A stretch of DNA of 25,527 nt, taken from a virus. Position numbers and translations under genes: made by a program. This document shows positions 22,568 to 25,527 of the stretch, in pieces; position 1 is the first letter of the stretch, and each line of letters begins with the position of its first letter. The stretch lies in IMG/VR virus record IMGVR_UViG_3300010357_000632; one strand, 5' to 3'. Under the pieces are notes generated by a model that was not told the DNA's origin, did no database searches, and was given only the letters and a program-made list of their open reading frames with translations.

Positions 22568-24058
22568 CTACTTCCAAGGGGGCACTCGTTTGCCTCCGGT
22601 GAGTGTGAGCTTGGGCATCACAAAGGTATTCACCGGCGCAAATGTGAGCATGACAGCGTCGGCTCTGTCCGGGCTATGCCCGAGACGCTTCTTTGTCTCT
22701 TCTTTGTCCTCGATCTGGATCTGGCCTTTTCCCGTGATCTTGTAGATAGGAGCTGCCAAGTCTCCGAGGAGGTCGTCGTCTGGTGGTAGTGCTAAAGGTT
22801 CGGGATTCTTCGGGTCCAATGATTCACGGAGAGCCCACCAGAGCTCGGCCCGGAGATTAAGATAGACCTTGTTGCCATCGTCATCTACCACATCCGAAGC
22901 GGACCCGACATTAACAGGAATAACAGGAGCTTTCGCGGCTTTCAGAGGATCGACCACGCCAGCGCCCAGACCTATCACATCCACCTTGATGTGCTTGGCG
23001 TTGATTTTCCTAGCAGCCACCAGGACCTCGCCTGTGACCTCCTGGGTGTCTTTGCCCGACATCACCTGAAGAGGATAGACTTTCATGCCCTGGCGGGGCG
23101 CTATAACGCTCAGATCGGAGCCGTAACGGGCTACATCGACCCCCAGCTCATACGAACCCTCGCCCTTGGTGTCTTCCCACCGAGCCATTGATGCTTCTAT
23201 CCATGCCAATGGGATGACGTTGTTCTCACCCTGTGTTGGGAAGTTGCCTGCTACCCTGGCCTGATATGCAGGATGGTTCTTGCCCCAGCGGGTTAGCTTG
23301 TCTGCTGCCCAGGTGGGCGTGATGAGGTACGGTGCGGGCCAATTGTACGATCCATCTGGGTTTTTGGCCGCTTTCTCTTTCCAAGCCCCAGACTCCAGGT
23401 CATCCTCAGTAATCCCAAACGCTGTGAAGTTTGGAGTGTCCCAGGCGGCGATATGGAACCGGGACCATCCCGGCTCCCGATGAGAGCGGTAGAATGTGCC
23501 GCCGATCAGCGTTGGGTTTCCTAATAGCAATAATCTGCAATGACCTGACGTGACAACGCCCTCGATGGCCTCGAAAATGTCCTCTTTTACGCCCGCCGCT
23601 TCGTCTACTATAACTAAGAGATGCGGCGCATGGAACCCCTGGAACCTGTCGGGTTGGTTGGTTGACAACCCCAATGCTACCCATTCATCCTGCACTATCT
23701 GAAGCTCGGGGCTCTTTTTCGCCAGCTCTCCACCCAATAAGATCTTGGACTTGCGGACACTCGACCTAACCTCTTTCCAGATCAGCTTTTCGACCTGGCG
23801 GAAGGTTGGTGCTGTGGTGAGTACTATAGAATAAGGAAACGTGTAAAGGAACCATAGCGTGGCGTTGCCTGCCAGATGGGATTTGCCTATGCCGTGACAA
23901 GACCGTGCTGTGGTGCGCTCGTTGTCCCTGATGGACTCAACTATATCTTTCTGAGCCGACCAGAATTTAGTACCCAGCGCACGATTGATCCACCACACCG
24001 GATCTGCTGGGGCGCGGGCTTTCAGCTCCTTGCGCTGTTCCTTCGTGAGTGGTATCAA
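22568..24058 (-). CDS. terL: Terminase large subunit
   Basis: Walker A (RSCHGIGKS), Walker B (LLVIVDEAAG), nuclease motifs LGVDVARYGSD and RLGHSPDRADA; TTG start. Confidence 0.95.
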   Translation of the reverse strand: MIPLTKEQRKELKARAPADPVWWINRALGTKFWSAQKDIVESIRDNERTTARSCHGIGKSHLAGNATLWFLYTFPYSIVLTTAPTFRQVEKLIWKEVRSSVRKSKILLGGELAKKSPELQIVQDEWVALGLSTNQPDRFQGFHAPHLLVIVDEAAGVKEDIFEAIEGVVTSGHCRLLLLGNPTLIGGTFYRSHREPGWSRFHIAAWDTPNFTAFGITEDDLESGAWKEKAAKNPDGSYNWPAPYLITPTWAADKLTRWGKNHPAYQARVAGNFPTQGENNVIPLAWIEASMARWEDTKGEGSYELGVDVARYGSDLSVIAPRQGMKVYPLQVMSGKDTQEVTGEVLVAARKINAKHIKVDVIGLGAGVVDPLKAAKAPVIPVNVGSASDVVDDDGNKVYLNLRAELWWALRESLDPKNPEPLALPPDDDLLGDLAAPIYKITGKGQIQIEDKEETKKRLGHSPDRADAVMLTFAPVNTFVMPKLTLTGGKRVPPWK

Positions 24059-24592
24059 TCATCCAGCCTCATCTTCTAGCATCAGGTCAACCCATGATTG
24101 CATGGCTCCGGCCTTTTTGCTGCTACCATCTTCGCCCAACAACTCCTGTTTGGTCTTCAAGACCTGCCTGATCTCTGCTGCACAACCTGTATAGAGAGAG
24201 ACGTAAGCCATTGGGAGCTTGGGCAGATCAGCCGGGCCCCCAACGTCTTCCAAGTCCGCGAGCCGGTTGGTGATGATCCTCTCCAGCTTTTGGTGGAGAG
24301 CGTGCTTCCCAGCTACCATCTGATCCAATACCTCGATCTCTGACAGTCTGGCCTCGGCGTCCACCTGCATGTTTGCCTGGCTTTCGGCGTACTGCTCAGA
24401 GGCTACGTCTGCGACATTGTAGTGTTCATCGAAATGATTATCGAGGGCTCGATAGCTTATCTTCTCACCCATTTCCTTCAGCCGGGCGGAGATTACACGA
24501 GAGCTGTCACCGTCTTTGGAGTGCCACTGCTCGATCTGAGTTCTCAGCGGCGAATTGCAGGCTTTACAGCGAGATGAGTATCCGGCGGGCAT
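24059..24592 (-). CDS. Probable terminase small subunit (N-terminal CxxC, helical)
   Basis: Abuts terL; RCKAC...IE.W.......SR.IS..L.....IS..AL.NH...H DNA-binding-like N-terminus and helical C-terminus. Confidence 0.65.
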   Translation of the reverse strand: MPAGYSSRCKACNSPLRTQIEQWHSKDGDSSRVISARLKEMGEKISYRALDNHFDEHYNVADVASEQYAESQANMQVDAEARLSEIEVLDQMVAGKHALHQKLERIITNRLADLEDVGGPADLPKLPMAYVSLYTGCAAEIRQVLKTKQELLGEDGSSKKAGAMQSWVDLMLEDEAG

Positions 24593-24597
24593 GGTGG

Positions 24598-24641
24598 GAA
24601 GGTTGCGAAGGCTATTGCGTAGCTTATGAAGGTTGCGAAGG
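24598..24641. repeat. Two 14-bp direct repeats, 30-bp period
   Basis: GAAGGTTGCGAAGG at 24598-24611 and 24628-24641. Confidence 0.9.
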
Positions 24642-24644
24642 TCG

Positions 24645-24657
24645 TTATACTATAAAG
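24645..24657 (-). promoter_or_regulatory. Putative TATA box of the packaging/structural operon
   Basis: Minus strand CTTTATAGTATAA, about 55 nt upstream of the terS ATG. Confidence 0.55.
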
Positions 24658-24665
24658 TGGCTGGT

Positions 24666-24708
24666 CGGTGGCCAGGGAAAGGAGGGATCGAGGAAGCCCC
24701 GGCCACCG
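24666..24708 (-). terminator. GC-rich hairpin, possible terminator of the upstream small-ORF cluster
   Basis: CGGTGGCC(A)GGG / CCC(C)GGCCACCG inverted repeat just after the stop at 24720; pyrimidine-rich loop on the minus strand. Confidence 0.4.
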
Positions 24709-24719
24709 GGTTGGGATGA

Positions 24720-24860
24720 TCATCTTGGTGCCAGAAAACCTCTTTTCGGAGAGGCTGCCCTGAGCGCCTTCTCGACCCGGATGGCTTCCTCGACGAAATC
24801 CAGATCGTGGTTGCTCCATTCCTGGATGCACCTCCAGTCTATATCGCAGCGTCGCGGCAT
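24720..24860 (-). CDS. Small hypothetical protein (46 aa)
   Basis: MPRRCDIDWRCIQEW...; GAGAGGA upstream of 24860. Confidence 0.4.
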   Translation of the reverse strand: MPRRCDIDWRCIQEWSNHDLDFVEEAIRVEKALRAASPKRGFLAPR

Positions 24861-24977
24861 AGCAAAGTTCCTCTCAGAGCAATAACAAGGAGCCCTCGTT
24901 GGCCGTTGAAGGCCCGAGGGCCAGCGTAGTCCTTTTTCCGCCAGGCCAATGAGGCGGTGCATGGGATGATTAGGATA

Positions 24978-25133
24978 TTACGGGCGAAGCCATCCACCCA
25001 GGATCAACAGCAGCCGGTCGAACTCCGCCGTGCTGCCTTCGAAGTGGAGGCCCTGGCCGGTGACTGTGATAGCCGGGAGCTGGTCGGCGTTGCCGTCTTC
25101 CCACAAATCCAAGTCGATTATTCTGTCTGGCAT
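24978..25133 (-). CDS. Small hypothetical protein (51 aa)
   Basis: Translated by hand: MPDRIIDLDLWEDGNADQLPAITVTGQGLHFEGSTAEFDRLLLILGGWLRP; GAGGT RBS. Confidence 0.55.
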   Translation of the reverse strand: MPDRIIDLDLWEDGNADQLPAITVTGQGLHFEGSTAEFDRLLLILGGWLRP

Positions 25134-25252
25134 GCTACCTCGTGCTTACGGAACCGGAAAACTTCGTCAGGCTCGTCGTCGAACAGATACGGAAAATTTG
25201 GATAATAAAGTGCCTTACGATACGGCTTTTTGCGTTTTTTGATGAAAGACAT
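25118..25252 (-). CDS. Small basic hypothetical protein (44 aa)
   Basis: Translated by hand: MSFIKKRKKPYRKALYYPNFPYLFDDEPDEVFRFRKHEVACQTE; no clear RBS. Confidence 0.3.
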   Translation of the reverse strand: MSFIKKRKKPYRKALYYPNFPYLFDDEPDEVFRFRKHEVACQTE

Positions 25253-25330
25253 TGGAAATCACTGGGAGAAAGCTTACGCAAAAGAAGACGGAGATCTGCC
25301 GTCCAAATAACTTTATGAAGCTTCTCCTAT

Positions 25331-25525
25331 TTATATTTTTCTTGAGACAAGGCTCATCGCAAATTCCCGCATGGCCTTCTTTTTCTTTGCCTTGCTCATG
25401 TGGTACTCAGTGCCCCGGATGGTCTTGCTGTCGTTGTAGACCTCCCCACAGGATTCGCATGCAGCGAACCCGTTTTTGTCGATGCGGACAATGGCACTGC
25501 ATTTTTTACATCTGAAGTGGCCTTC
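25331..25525 (-). CDS. Zinc-ribbon protein, 5'-partial
   Basis: Translated by hand: ...EGHFRCKKCSAIVRIDKNGFAACESCGEVYND...MSKAKKKKAMREFAMSLVSRKI*. Confidence 0.6.
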   Translation of the reverse strand, partial: EGHFRCKKCSAIVRIDKNGFAACESCGEVYNDSKTIRGTEYHMSKAKKKKAMREFAMSLVSRKI

Positions 25526-25527
25526 TT

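Larger units (their letters stand above)
1..25527 (-). mobile_element. Head-tail (Caudoviricetes) virus/provirus packaging, head, neck and fibre module, probably archaeal; both ends extend beyond the window
   Basis: Co-oriented terS-terL-portal-minor capsid-protease-scaffold-MCP-adaptor-neck order with tight gene packing. No integrase or att site is visible, so provirus versus free virus cannot be decided. Confidence 0.95.

Noticed and set aside
22289-24592. terS, terL and HNH share one reading frame, separated only by TGA and TAG (possible readthrough or pyrrolysine fusion)
   Set aside because: The chance of this is about 1 in 9. Stop-adjacent starts occur elsewhere (425/424), each ORF has its own start, and no recoding signal is visible.
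24598-24641. Mini-CRISPR array
   Set aside because: Only two 14-bp repeats with a 16-bp gap; too short for CRISPR repeats or spacers.
1-25527. tRNA, rRNA, integrase, att site or IS element
   Set aside because: None recognisable by eye; tRNAscan-SE and flanking sequence would be needed to exclude them.

Overview
The window is the virion-morphogenesis region of a head-tail (Caudoviricetes, HK97-fold) virus or provirus, encoded almost entirely on the minus strand. The host is most plausibly an archaeon of the Methanomicrobia, e.g. Methanothrix-like. This is an inference from GAGGTG-type RBSs, TATA-box promoters, an archaeal-style RHH gene and N-glycosylation-rich signal-peptide proteins. Reading right to left: small ORFs, a TATA promoter with tandem repeats, terminase small subunit, terminase large subunit, HNH nuclease, portal, small ORFs, minor capsid (MuF-like) protein, a 401-aa HPR-motif protein, an opposite-strand two-gene cassette (acidic Zn-motif protein plus RHH regulator, behind a TATA box and palindrome), XkdF-type prohead protease, scaffold, cement protein, major capsid protein, fibre/appendage genes (including an AT-rich Kelch plus glycosidase-like gene and a 26-repeat protein with a perfect 384-bp duplication), adaptor, a secreted/membrane (lysis-like) cassette, tail-fibre-like genes and neck genes. 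The most unusual signals are: (1) a copy of the major capsid N-terminal arm at the start of the protease ORF, followed by an encapsulin-ferritin-like helical hairpin; (2) an identical MIMRIPILK leader, synonymously diverged at DNA level, on two unrelated proteins, ending in the [ILV]-x-K-[AS] motif that recurs nine times in the scaffold, which together suggest a capsid cargo-loading and cleavage code; (3) the antisense Acr/Aca-like cassette. Family assignments are from motif recognition only; no searches were run.
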